Assembly (NCBI GenBank): GCA_963754315.1
Contig: CAVWFS010000015.1
Span: 1 to 64,000 of the forward strand
DNA: 64,000 nt
DNA from: an uncultured Candidatus Rokubacteria bacterium
GTDB taxonomy: Bacteria > Methylomirabilota > Methylomirabilia > Rokubacteriales > CSP1-6
Reading direction: 5' to 3'
The notes below the pieces were generated by a model. It worked only from the letters and a program-made list of their open reading frames with translations, made no database searches and was not told the DNA's origin. Within the stretch, counting starts at the first letter, position 1; each line of letters opens with the position of its first letter. Shown in pieces: positions 9,712 to 19,336 of the stretch. Both the position numbers and the translations under genes were made by a program.

Positions 9712-10602
9712 ATGCTACCCACGCACGGACGCTATGAGTACTCGAGCATCACCAGCCGACCCGACTACAGCTGGCCCGGAGGGCGCCGGCTGGCCGTCTA
9801 CGTCGCCCTCAACATCGAGGCCTTCGGCTTCGGCATGGGCAAGGGCGCCGCCATCGCCCCTCCCGACCAGGCGCACAGCCACAGCGTCTTCAGCTGGCGG
9901 GACTACGGCAACCGTGTCGGCATCTGGCGGCTGTTCGATCTGCTGGACCAGCTCCAGATCCCGGCCGAAGCGCAGCTCAACACCGAGATCTACGAAGTGG
10001 CCCCCGACATCCCCGCCCGCCTCCGCGCCCGCGGCGACGAGATCCTCGGTCACGGAGTCACCAATTCCGAGGAGCAGGGTCACCTGCCCGAAGAGCAGGA
10101 ACGCGCGCTGATCGAGCGGGTCACGGCCACCATCGAGCGCCACGAGGGCGTCCGGCCGGCTGGCTGGATGAGCCCGTGGCTGTCCAACAGCGCCCTCACC
10201 ATGGATCTCCTGCAGGAGGCCGGGTATCGCTACGTGATGGACTGGACGATGGACGATCAGCCCATCTGGATCCGCACCCGCAAGGGCCGGATCCTCTCCC
10301 TGCCCTACCCGATCGAGGTGAACGACACGCGCGGGATCGTCTGGTACCACTACACGGCGGCCGAGTTCGCGGGGATGATCGTGGACCAGTTCGACGAGAT
10401 GCTCGAGCAGTCGGCGCGCCAGCCTTTGGTGTGTCCGATCTCGCTCCACCCCTTCGTCATCGGGCGCCCGTACCGCATCCGCCAGCTGCGGCGCGCGCTC
10501 GAGCATATCCTCGAGTCTCGCGACCGCATCTGGTTCACGCGCCCTCGCGACATCTGCGCCCACATCGAGGCGCTTCCCCCCGGCGTCGTCCCCGGCAGCG
10601 AT
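9712..10602 (+). CDS. polysaccharide deacetylase (PuuE-like) family; stop apparently lost by a 1-nt deletion
   Basis: WRDYGNRVGIWR, EILGHG, SLHPFVIGRP; similarity ends at LPPGVVPGS, then the ORF runs antisense through the next gene. Confidence 0.85.
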
Positions 10603-10617
10603 GGCCATGTAGTCGGC

Positions 10618-11329
10618 TCAATCCACCGCGGTGTACATCCGTTCGTCGTAGAGGGCGCCGGTGATGGGAGCGAGCTTGTCGCGAAACCGGCGGGTGGAGG
10701 CGGCCATGGAATGCGCCTCCACGGACTTCGCGCCGTTCCAGATCTCCACCACCGTGAAGTGGTTCGGCCGATTGGTCTGCTGCACGACCTCGAAGCGCAG
10801 GTTGCCCTCGCCCGAGCGGCTGTCGTCGCCCAGCTGTTTGAGCGCAGTGACACCGTCGTCCTTGCGCGGGGGAATGACGTCGACGTGGGTCACCACGTAG
10901 ACGGCACCCGCCGCAGGCTTCGACTCGATGGGGCCCACGGACAGGCCCGCGTGCACGCGCTCGTCGGTGGGGGCGTTCCGGATCGCCGCAATCTTCTCCC
11001 GCATGCTCGTCGAGCTCGTCGCCTGCCCGTGCGCCGCGAAGGCCTTGGGGTCTCTCCACACTTCGAGGATGACGAACTGGTGAGGCTGGCCGATTCGCTG
11101 GATCACCTCGCAGCGCCGATGGCCGTCCTCCTGTCGGGTCGCCTCTCGATAGCGTCTGAGGAGGGCGAGGGCATCCGCGGTGGCGGTGGGCATGATCTCG
11201 ACATAGAGCACCGCGTAGACGGGGCCTTCGTTGCCGGGCGGCGCCAGGGGTCTGCCCATGGGTTTCGGCGACGGCCACCGCGACGGTCATGGCCAGACCG
11301 ACGAAGAGAACACGGGTCCACCTAGCCAT
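10618..11329 (-). CDS. exported tandem antibiotic-biosynthesis-monooxygenase domain protein, frameshift near 11250
   Basis: Signal peptide MARWTRVLFVGLAMTVAVAVA, then two ABM repeats (FVILEVW, FTVVEIW). Confidence 0.8.
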
Positions 11330-11372
11330 GGGGTCACCTCGCTCGCCACGCTTTGGCGCCGGTTGGGGTCCA

Positions 11373-12419
11373 CTACTTGAACGTGGGCATGACCTGCTTG
11401 GTGAGGATCTCGAGACTCCGCTTCTCCTGCGCGAGGGGTAAGAGTCCCCCTGGATTGAGCTCCGCCGCGATTCCCGTCAGCTGCAGCTCCTCTCTCAATC
11501 CCCGCAGGCGGTCGACCAGTCCGTCGGCGGTGCCGAAGGCGACCTTGGTCTTCAAGATGTCGTCATAGGTAAGACTGGACAGCCGTGCCGCTTGCGACTC
11601 GCGGACCTGAACCGCCCCCGTACCGGCCCGCCCGAGGGGCGCCCGCGTGAGATCCGCCTGGCGCTGGAAATAGTACGTGATCGTCTCTCGCGGCTCGTCC
11701 AGGGCGGCCTGGGCGGTGGGAGCGGCATAGACCGGAATGCGCAGACACACGTCACCCTGACCGGCGTGTCCCCCTTCCCGCCAGGCCGCTCGGTACGCCC
11801 GCAGATTTTCGGCGAGCTCGGGCACGTTCATCCCGCGCAGCCCAACGAAGATGGGCAGCCCCATCCGTCCCACTCGCGGAAATGTGTCGGGCGTGGTGGC
11901 CGCCATGCGGACCGGCGGATGCGGCGAGCGATATGGACGGGGGGCGACAGCTGCATTGGCGAATCGATAGTACTTGCCCTCATAGCTGAAGGGCTCGCCC
12001 TTCCAGGCTTGGAGGATGATCTCCAGCGCTTCGAAAAAGCGCTCCTGACTCTGCTCGTATGGGACCCCCAGCACGTCGTAGGCGCGTGGGGAGCCGCTGC
12101 GGCCGATGCCAAAATCGAACCGCCCCTGGCTCAGGTGATCCAACGTGGTGATCTCCCCGGCCACACGAATCGGGTGGTTCAGGGGTAAGAGCTGAACAGC
12201 GGTGCCCACGCGCACCCGAGTGGTGCGGCCCACGATCCAGCTCGCCACCAGCAACGGCGCCGACAGGACCGATCGAGCGGGGTTGACCAGCATCTCGGCC
12301 AGCCACACGATGTCCAGCCCCCAGTCCTCGGAGGCGTCCACCACCTCGAACATGTCGCGAAACGCCCCGTCCTGATCGACCCCCCGCCGCGTCTGCTCAA
12401 GAAAGATCCCGAAGTCCAT
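11373..12419 (-). CDS. LLM class flavin-dependent oxidoreductase
   Basis: GTAVQLLPLNHPIRVA, LDHLSQGRFDFGIGR. Confidence 0.92.
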   Translation of the reverse strand: MDFGIFLEQTRRGVDQDGAFRDMFEVVDASEDWGLDIVWLAEMLVNPARSVLSAPLLVASWIVGRTTRVRVGTAVQLLPLNHPIRVAGEITTLDHLSQGRFDFGIGRSGSPRAYDVLGVPYEQSQERFFEALEIILQAWKGEPFSYEGKYYRFANAAVAPRPYRSPHPPVRMAATTPDTFPRVGRMGLPIFVGLRGMNVPELAENLRAYRAAWREGGHAGQGDVCLRIPVYAAPTAQAALDEPRETITYYFQRQADLTRAPLGRAGTGAVQVRESQAARLSSLTYDDILKTKVAFGTADGLVDRLRGLREELQLTGIAAELNPGGLLPLAQEKRSLEILTKQVMPTFK

Positions 12420-12529
12420 TGTGCCCCTCTCCGGCTTGTCAGTAGCCTGGTCCGCCGGCAGCGATACTGCGCCGACAGCCAGACGCCGTCAAGGACCCGG
12501 GTCGGGCGATCTTCGGCTAGACTGATCCC

Positions 12530-13684
12530 GTGAAAACAACACCGAGGCCAGTGCCCCCCATTTACCAGCGGCTCGGAATCCATCCCGTCATTCACGGGGC
12601 GGGCACGACCACCCGCTACGGTGGCTCGCTCCTGCGCCCGGAAGCCCTGGAAGCGATGCGCGAGGCCTCGCAGGCCCTCGTCAACCTCGACGAGCTGAAC
12701 GAGGCGGCCGGGGCTGCCATCGCGCGGATGCTGGGCGCGGAATCGGCATTCGTCACCGCCGGCGCCAGCGCAGGGCTCATCTTGCAGGCCGCGGCCTGCA
12801 TGACCGGCGACGACCAGGCCAAGATCACGCGCCTGCCAGATACGCGCGGGATGCCGAACGAGATCATCATCCAGCGGGCGCATCGGTTTGCTTACGATCA
12901 GGCGTACCGGGTGGCCGGCGGGATCTTGGTAGAGATCGGACTGGCGCGGCGGACCCAGCCCTTCGAGCTTGAGGACGCCATCACGGAGCGGACGGCCGCG
13001 GTCGCCTATCTGGTCTCGCCCTTTACCAGCCCGCCCGGCATTCTGTCCCTGACCCAGGTGATCACGATCGCCCATGGCCGTGGAGTTCCGGTCATCGTGG
13101 ACGCCGCCTCGATGCTGCCGCCCCGCGCGAATCTGACGAAGTTCCTCCGGCTGGGCGCCGATCTGGTGAGCTTCAGCGGAGGCAAGGGAATCCGCGGCCC
13201 GCAGTCCACGGGCATCCTCGCCGGCCGCCGCGACCTGGTACGCGCCGCCGCGCTCAACGCCAGCCCAAACCAGGCTCTCGGCCGAGCGGCGAAGACCTCG
13301 AAGGAGGAGATCGCAGGCCTGGTGACGGCGGTCGAGCTGTTCATGGCGGAGGACGAAGCGGCCGAGATGAAGCGGTTTACCGACGTCTGCGCCACGATCG
13401 TCGAGGCGCTGGCGGACATTCCAGGCCTCCGCGCGGTCGTGGAGCACGACCCCGTCAATCGTGTACTCCCTCACGCCGTCGTCTACTTCACCGTGGACTG
13501 GGACGGCCCATCCGGACACGCTGTGCAGCTGGCCCTGGCCCGCGGTGAGCCTCACATCTACGTGCAGCAGGGAGCCCACCAGGGCGGCTACGTCGACGAG
13601 ATCGCCGTCGATCCCATCAACCTGCAGCCGGGCGACGAGGATCTCATCGCCCAGCGGCTCCGGCAGGAGCTCACGCGCCGGTAA
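12530..13684 (+). CDS. SelA-like/DgaE family PLP-dependent enzyme
   Basis: VIVDAAS, DLVSFSGGKGIRGPQSTG, KTSKEEIAGL; no SelA N-terminal domain. Confidence 0.85.
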   Translation: MKTTPRPVPPIYQRLGIHPVIHGAGTTTRYGGSLLRPEALEAMREASQALVNLDELNEAAGAAIARMLGAESAFVTAGASAGLILQAAACMTGDDQAKITRLPDTRGMPNEIIIQRAHRFAYDQAYRVAGGILVEIGLARRTQPFELEDAITERTAAVAYLVSPFTSPPGILSLTQVITIAHGRGVPVIVDAASMLPPRANLTKFLRLGADLVSFSGGKGIRGPQSTGILAGRRDLVRAAALNASPNQALGRAAKTSKEEIAGLVTAVELFMAEDEAAEMKRFTDVCATIVEALADIPGLRAVVEHDPVNRVLPHAVVYFTVDWDGPSGHAVQLALARGEPHIYVQQGAHQGGYVDEIAVDPINLQPGDEDLIAQRLRQELTRR

Positions 13685-13688
13685 ACGG

Positions 13689-15251
13689 TCAGCGCGGCTT
13701 CAGGCGCACCTCTTCCAGCGGCGCCGACCACGGGTAGGGATCGATCATCAGCAGCGCGGGCTCGGCCACGCGCGCCCCCACCCCGCTCGGCCAGATGTAC
13801 TCGTAGATCGGCCCGAATCGCACTCGCTCATAGATGAGCTGCTGGATGCGATGAAGCATGGCCTCCCGCTTCTTCTTGTCGGTCTCGCGTGCCTGCTGCT
13901 TGTAGAGCGCGTCGATGTCGGGATCAGCGCCCTTGGCGAACATCCCATCGCTCGGCACGAACTCCGACATGCGCGAGGCGGCGTTGCCATAGAGGGCGCT
14001 GATGCAGACGCACACGCCGTTCAGCTTCTTCGAGGCCCAGGCCGACACGAAGGCGGCACGCTCCATCGTCCGAATCTTCGTGCGGATACCGATCGCGCCG
14101 AGATAGCCGGCGACGGCCTCTCCCATGGAAAAGTAGGGCGGGTACGGATAGAGATCGCCGGCATCGAAGCCGTTGGGGTACCCCGCCTCGGCCAGGAGCT
14201 GCTTGGCCCGGGCCGGATTGTGGGGATAGGGTTCCAGGGCGAGCGTGAACTCGAACGAGCGGGGAGCCAGACTCCCGGTGAGGCGCGAGGCCCCGAGGTT
14301 TTCTGCCTCGTTCACGGAACGCGCGTCGATGGCGAGCATGGAGGCCAGCCGCACGCGGCGATCGTGCCAGGGTGACTTGGGATCCCACTGATCGAAGAAG
14401 TCCATGAAGAACACCCCGATGGCCCCCGAGAACGCCAGCTTGAGATTGGGATCACGCTTCACCTCCATGGCCATCGGGGCGTCCAGGAGGTAGGCGAGAT
14501 CGACCTCGCCCCGCTTCAGCATGGCCAGCCGCGTGCTGGCGTCGGGAACCATCTTGTAGACGAGGCGCTTGATGCTCGGCATCTTGCGCCAGTAGCTCTC
14601 GTTGGCCTCCATGATCAGCTCCACACCCGGCGTGTAGCTCACGAACCGGTAGGGGCCGAGCCCGATGGGCTGCTTGCGAAAGCCATCGTCCCCCACCTGC
14701 TCGACGTACTTCTTGGGCACGATCCAGCCCGCTCCGCTGACGAGGGTGCCGTAGAAGGTCATGAAGTCGGGCCAGGGCTCGTGCAGCTGGAAGCGGACAC
14801 GACTGGGGCTGACCACCGTGACGTCCTTCACCTTCTCGCGCAGGATCTTGGAACCCTTGGCACGAAGGAAGCTGAACTTCACGTCTTCTGCGGTGAAGGG
14901 ATCGCCGTTATGGAACTTCACGCCCTCGCGCAGCTTGAACTCGTAGACACGCTGATCCGGGCTCACCGTCCACGACTCGGCCAGGCTCGGGGTCATGAGG
15001 TTCCCGGGCATGGGCTTCACCAGCGCGTCGTGCAGCGCGTACAGCACCCAGAACGGCGTGATGATGCCGGTGACCTCGCCCGGGTCGAACCAGGCAGGGG
15101 GCATGGTCACGTAGAGCGCCCAGCGCATCTCCCCCTCCGGCTTGGCCTGAGCGCTCGCCGGGCTCTGGCCTCCGATGCTCGCCAGCCACACGCTCACCAT
15201 CACCGGGACCATCACGACCGACCGTGCCACACGACCCCATGTCCGCTTCAT
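13689..15251 (-). CDS. ABC peptide/nickel family 5 substrate-binding protein
   Basis: PSLAESW, FKLREGVKFHNGDPFTAEDVKFS, PIGLGPYRF. Confidence 0.92.
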   Translation of the reverse strand: MKRTWGRVARSVVMVPVMVSVWLASIGGQSPASAQAKPEGEMRWALYVTMPPAWFDPGEVTGIITPFWVLYALHDALVKPMPGNLMTPSLAESWTVSPDQRVYEFKLREGVKFHNGDPFTAEDVKFSFLRAKGSKILREKVKDVTVVSPSRVRFQLHEPWPDFMTFYGTLVSGAGWIVPKKYVEQVGDDGFRKQPIGLGPYRFVSYTPGVELIMEANESYWRKMPSIKRLVYKMVPDASTRLAMLKRGEVDLAYLLDAPMAMEVKRDPNLKLAFSGAIGVFFMDFFDQWDPKSPWHDRRVRLASMLAIDARSVNEAENLGASRLTGSLAPRSFEFTLALEPYPHNPARAKQLLAEAGYPNGFDAGDLYPYPPYFSMGEAVAGYLGAIGIRTKIRTMERAAFVSAWASKKLNGVCVCISALYGNAASRMSEFVPSDGMFAKGADPDIDALYKQQARETDKKKREAMLHRIQQLIYERVRFGPIYEYIWPSGVGARVAEPALLMIDPYPWSAPLEEVRLKPR

Positions 15252-15443
15252 GCTCCTCCCCTCTCGGGCTGTCATCTGACAGCCGACACCACTCGCCTGC
15301 GCGGAAGGTCAACCCTGCGCGGTTGGCTCGTCCTCGGACGGGCACGATACTCGTTCGGCCGTCGGCCTCTGTCAAGGTTCCCGGACGTGCGAAGCGAAAA
15401 TCCACGACTTGACGGCGCCGCGCGGCCAGACTATCAGTACGGC

Positions 15444-16346
15444 ATGGCTCGACACGATACCGATCCGGATCCCTCCTGGCGGTGGGAGGAGCGCCGATGG
15501 CGCTCGGCGGTGGACAGAGTTCGTGCTGGGCGCTCGCTCCGCCCCCCGCGCTGGAAGGACAACGCCAGGGTTTGCGTGGCGCTCTCCTTCGACTCCGATC
15601 ACGAGACCTCCACCTTGCGCGAGGGTTCGGTCTCGCCGGGGCGGCTCTCGCAGGGCCAGTACGGCGCGCGGGCGGCCGTCCCGCGCATTCTCGCCCTCCT
15701 CCGCCGCCACGATATCCGGGCCTCCTTCTTCGTGCCGGCCGTGGTGGCCCTCCTTCATCCCGACGAGCAGCGCCGAGTGGTCGACGAGGGCCACGAGCTG
15801 GCCATGCACGGGTGGATCCACGAGATGACCAGTCAGCTCACCGAAACGGTGGAGCGTGACCTGATGTGGCGCGCCTACGAGACCTTGGCCAAGGTCGCTG
15901 GCCGGCGGCCGGTAGGGGTACGTGTTCCCTCGTGGGACTTCAGCCCGACCACCCTGGGGCTGATCCGCGAACTGGGGCTACTCTACGATTCTTCGCTGAT
16001 GGCCGACGACGAGCCGTACGAGCTGGTCGAGGACGGCGAGCCGACCGGAATCGTCGAGCTGCCGGTGGAGTGGATCAAGGACGATGCCCCCTACTTCGGC
16101 ATGAATCGCGCCTCCACCATCCGCCCCTACACACCACCATCGGCGGTGCTGGAGATCTTCAAGCGGGAGTTCGATGGGGCGGTGGCCGAGGGCGGCCTGT
16201 TCCTGCTCACCATGCATCCGCACATCATCGGGCATCGCTCGCGCATGGCCCTCCTCGCAGAGCTGATCGAGCACATCAAGCGCGTCGACGGCGTCTGGTT
16301 CGCCACCCACGAGGAGGTCGCCCGCTACTGCCGGACCCAGAGCTGA
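15444..16346 (+). CDS. polysaccharide deacetylase family protein
   Basis: SFDSD, GHELAMHGWIHE, YDSSLMADD, LTMHPHIIG. Confidence 0.9.
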   Translation: MARHDTDPDPSWRWEERRWRSAVDRVRAGRSLRPPRWKDNARVCVALSFDSDHETSTLREGSVSPGRLSQGQYGARAAVPRILALLRRHDIRASFFVPAVVALLHPDEQRRVVDEGHELAMHGWIHEMTSQLTETVERDLMWRAYETLAKVAGRRPVGVRVPSWDFSPTTLGLIRELGLLYDSSLMADDEPYELVEDGEPTGIVELPVEWIKDDAPYFGMNRASTIRPYTPPSAVLEIFKREFDGAVAEGGLFLLTMHPHIIGHRSRMALLAELIEHIKRVDGVWFATHEEVARYCRTQS

Positions 16347-16369
16347 GGTGAACAGGTCGCCTGGCTTGC

Positions 16370-16497
16370 TCACCAGACGGTTCTCACCACGATGCCGTCC
16401 GTACTGGATGCCGCCGGATGGCGGCAGTCGCCGTTGCCGACAAACACCGTGGCTCGAGAGCCAGCCAGAGCCACACATGCGTATCGAGGACGACGAT
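16370..16497 (-). pseudogene. vapC: VapC (PIN) toxin remnant with an internal deletion
   Basis: IVVLDTHVWLWLALEP...AAIRR, then ASSTDGI joined to the C-terminal VVRTVW*; about 40 codons, no start codon. Confidence 0.75.
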
Positions 16498-16803
16498 TTA
16501 CGTGCCCGTTCGCGTGCGTTTTCGCCGCGGTGGCGGGAGCGCGGGACGAAACGCATCCCACCATTCCGGTGGAAAGACCGACGACTCGACATCACCGATG
16601 ATGGTCGCGGTTCCTGCCATGCAGCCCAAGATCTCCCTCCCGGGCTCATCGGCCGGCACGAGCTTCGCAACCGGTCGCCCCTTCTTCGTGATGACGACCG
16701 ACACGCGATACTTCTTCACGTCTTCCATCACGCGCAGGCAGCGGGCCTTGAACTCACCGGCCGGCATCGTCTTTATAGCGCGCTCCAGGCGCCCATGGTC
16801 ATG
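16498..16803 (-). CDS. Phd/YefM family antitoxin (ATG at 16767, or about 16803 with an indel)
   Basis: AGEFKARCLRVMEDV...VVITKKGRPVAKLVP. Confidence 0.88.
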   Translation of the reverse strand, partial: HDHGRLERAIKTMPAGEFKARCLRVMEDVKKYRVSVVITKKGRPVAKLVPADEPGREILGCMAGTATIIGDVESSVFPPEWWDAFRPALPPPRRKRTRTGT

Positions 16804-16817
16804 GGATCGTGACCATG
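16794..16817. promoter_or_regulatory. inverted-repeat operator of the phd-vapC locus
   Basis: Perfect CATGGTCA-N8-TGACCATG over the antitoxin 5' end; overlaps minus-strand TAACAT. Confidence 0.6.
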
Positions 16818-16840
16818 TTAGCGCGTCTGCCGCGGAGGGC

Positions 16841-17995
16841 TCAGCCGAGCTTCACGCCGTATTTCTCCAGGGTCTCCTCGCGCAGCTCGAGGCCGAGCCC
16901 GGGCGCCTCCGGCAGCGCCATGTAGCCGTCGACGATCCGGGGGCGCTCGCGGAACAGCTCGAACCACAGCGGATCGCGCGTGGGATCGGCGAACGATTCC
17001 AGGATGAACCCCGTGGGACTGGCGGCCACCGCATGGACATGGATCTGCGGATCGTGATGAGCCGCCAGCGGCACCTGATACAGCTCGGCCACCACCGCCG
17101 CCTTGCGCCAGGTGGTCAACCCGCCGGCCCAGGTCGAGTCGATGATCAGGTAGTCGACCAGCCCCTCCACCACCATCGTCCGCAGGCCGAACGGGCTATA
17201 CTCCGTCTCCCCGGCCGCGATCGGGATATCGACGGCCTCCTTCAGCCGTCGGAGAGTCTGGCGCTCGTCGTACCAGGGCATCGGGTCTTCCAGCCAGAAG
17301 ATGTCGTGAGGCGCACACAGGCGCGCCGCCTGGACGGCCGTGGGCAAGTCCCAGCCCTGGTTGGCGTCGAGCATGATCGCCACGTCCTTGCCCACCGCCT
17401 TGCGGATGACGCCGACGCGCTCGGCGTCAGCTTCGGGTGTCAAGCCTCCTACTTTCACCTTCACGGTCCGGTAGCCGTGCTCCATGTACAGAGACGCCTC
17501 GCGCACGAGGTCATCGGGCCGCTCACCGTCCCGGTAGTAAAAGCCGGTGACATAGGCGGGCACCCGCTGGCGCAGCGCCCCGCCCAGCAGTGCGTAGACC
17601 GGTCGTCCCGTGGCCTTGCCTTTGAGATCCCACAGCGCGATGTCGATGGCGCTCATGGCCGTCACCAGCGGGCGTTGCTGACGGGCCAGCGCGGGAATGC
17701 CCCGCACGCTTCGATAGGTGAGGGCGAAGAGGTCCTGCCAGATCCGCTCGACGTCGAAGGGATCGCCGCCCACCACGAGCGGCGTGATCGCCCCGAGGAT
17801 GTCGTTCACCGTGCGCAGGCCTTCGGCGCCCTGGAACAGGAAGGGGCCATGGGCCTCGCCGATACCTACCAGCCCCGTATCGGTCGTCAGCTTGACGATG
17901 ACCTCGCTCACCCGGCTGATCGTATGCGTGGACGTGCGGACCGCCTGCGGCAGGGGCGCCGATAGAAAGTAGGTGTCGAGCGTGGTGACCTTCAT
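16841..17995 (-). CDS. mandelate racemase/muconate lactonizing enolase-superfamily enzyme
   Basis: AIDIALWDLKGK, KVK, DANQ, WLEDP, AAGE. Confidence 0.92.
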   Translation of the reverse strand: MKVTTLDTYFLSAPLPQAVRTSTHTISRVSEVIVKLTTDTGLVGIGEAHGPFLFQGAEGLRTVNDILGAITPLVVGGDPFDVERIWQDLFALTYRSVRGIPALARQQRPLVTAMSAIDIALWDLKGKATGRPVYALLGGALRQRVPAYVTGFYYRDGERPDDLVREASLYMEHGYRTVKVKVGGLTPEADAERVGVIRKAVGKDVAIMLDANQGWDLPTAVQAARLCAPHDIFWLEDPMPWYDERQTLRRLKEAVDIPIAAGETEYSPFGLRTMVVEGLVDYLIIDSTWAGGLTTWRKAAVVAELYQVPLAAHHDPQIHVHAVAASPTGFILESFADPTRDPLWFELFRERPRIVDGYMALPEAPGLGLELREETLEKYGVKLG

Positions 17996-19185
17996 CAGAT
18001 GATGCCGCGGGCGGCCAGATCGGCGATCTGGTCCTTGGTGTAGCCGAGCGAGGTCAGGATCTCCTCGTTATCCTGGCCAAGCTCGGGGGCCGAGGTCCGG
18101 ATGGGCATCCGCCGTTCTCCGTGGGAGACCGGGTGGCCCAGAATGGTGAGATCCCCGAGGGTCGCAGAATGCACGGGCTGCGCCATGGCGAGATGCCGCA
18201 CCTGGGGATCGCCAAACGCCTCGTCGACCCGATAGATCGGACCGCAGGGCACGCCGGCGTCGTTCATGATCTGGACCCATTCCGCGCTGGTCCGCTGGCG
18301 GGTCACCGGCATCAGGGTCTCCATCAGCAGGTCGCGATTGGTGGAGCGGGCCCGGGACGTCGCGAACCGCGGGTCGGTCTTGAGATCGGCCCGCTCGATG
18401 GCACGACAGAACCGCTCGTAGATCTCGTCGCCGGCGGCGGCGATGTTGATGTGGCCGTCCTTCGTCTCGAACACACCGGTGGGAATGCCCGTCGGGTGGT
18501 TGTTGCCGGCCTGGGGCGGGATCTCGCCGCTCATCAGCCAGCGGGAGGCCTGGAAGTCGAGCATCGACAGCATCGCCTCCAGCAACGAGGTATGCACCCA
18601 CTTCCCCTGGCCGGTCATCTCGCGCTCGAGAAGAGCCACCAGGATGCCCTGGGCGAGGAGAATGCCCGAGCAGAGGTCGGCGATGGGAATGCCCACTCTC
18701 ACCGGGCCTTGCCCGGGGAGGCCGGTGATGGACATCAGACCGCCCATCCCCTGAGCGATCTGATCGACTCCCGGCCGATCACGATAGGGGCCGCTCTGCC
18801 CGAACCCGGAGATGCTGCCGTAGATCAGCCGCGGATTGAGCGGGCGCAGGCTCTCGTAGTCGATGCCGAGGCGCCGCTTGACGTCCGGGCGGTAGTTCTC
18901 CACCACGATATCGCTATCGCGTACCAGCTTCTTGAAGATGGCCACGCCCTCTGGCTCTCTCAGGTTCAGGGTCAGGCCGCGCTTGTTGCGATGCAGGTTC
19001 TGGAAGTCGAAGCCGTGGCGGTTACCGCCCATGCCATCGCCCGAGCGCCCGCCGGGCATCTCGATCTTGATGGCCCGGGCACCCCAATCCACCAGTTGCC
19101 TCACACAGGTCGGGCCCGCCCGAGCGCGGGTGAGATCGAGGACCGAGAATCGTCCCAGGGGAAGCGCGCCGCCGTTGTCAGCCAT
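17995..19185 (-). CDS. CoA-transferase family III (CaiB/BaiF)
   Basis: LDLTRARAGP, NRNKR-like HRNKR, VENYRP, SISGFGQSGP. Confidence 0.93.
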   Translation of the reverse strand: MADNGGALPLGRFSVLDLTRARAGPTCVRQLVDWGARAIKIEMPGGRSGDGMGGNRHGFDFQNLHRNKRGLTLNLREPEGVAIFKKLVRDSDIVVENYRPDVKRRLGIDYESLRPLNPRLIYGSISGFGQSGPYRDRPGVDQIAQGMGGLMSITGLPGQGPVRVGIPIADLCSGILLAQGILVALLEREMTGQGKWVHTSLLEAMLSMLDFQASRWLMSGEIPPQAGNNHPTGIPTGVFETKDGHINIAAAGDEIYERFCRAIERADLKTDPRFATSRARSTNRDLLMETLMPVTRQRTSAEWVQIMNDAGVPCGPIYRVDEAFGDPQVRHLAMAQPVHSATLGDLTILGHPVSHGERRMPIRTSAPELGQDNEEILTSLGYTKDQIADLAARGII

Positions 19186-19336
19186 GCCGGTCAGTCTCCA
19201 TCCGTGGGGTTAGTGCAAGCCGCAGGGATCATAGTGCAACCTCCGTCATCGGACAAATCGCGCCCGAGGACAGTGTCCGGCACCGTCCTTGACGGACCGA
19301 TGGGGACGGGTCAGTATCGGTCCGGGAGGGGACACC

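Noticed and set aside
9712..11325. 537-aa deacetylase fusion
   Set aside because: The extension is the antisense of the ABM gene after a lost stop near 10600.
12530..13684. Selenocysteine synthase SelA supporting the selenoproteins
   Set aside because: At 384 aa it lacks the SelA N-terminal domain; the motifs fit the DgaE/SelA-like family, and no selB or selC is adjacent.
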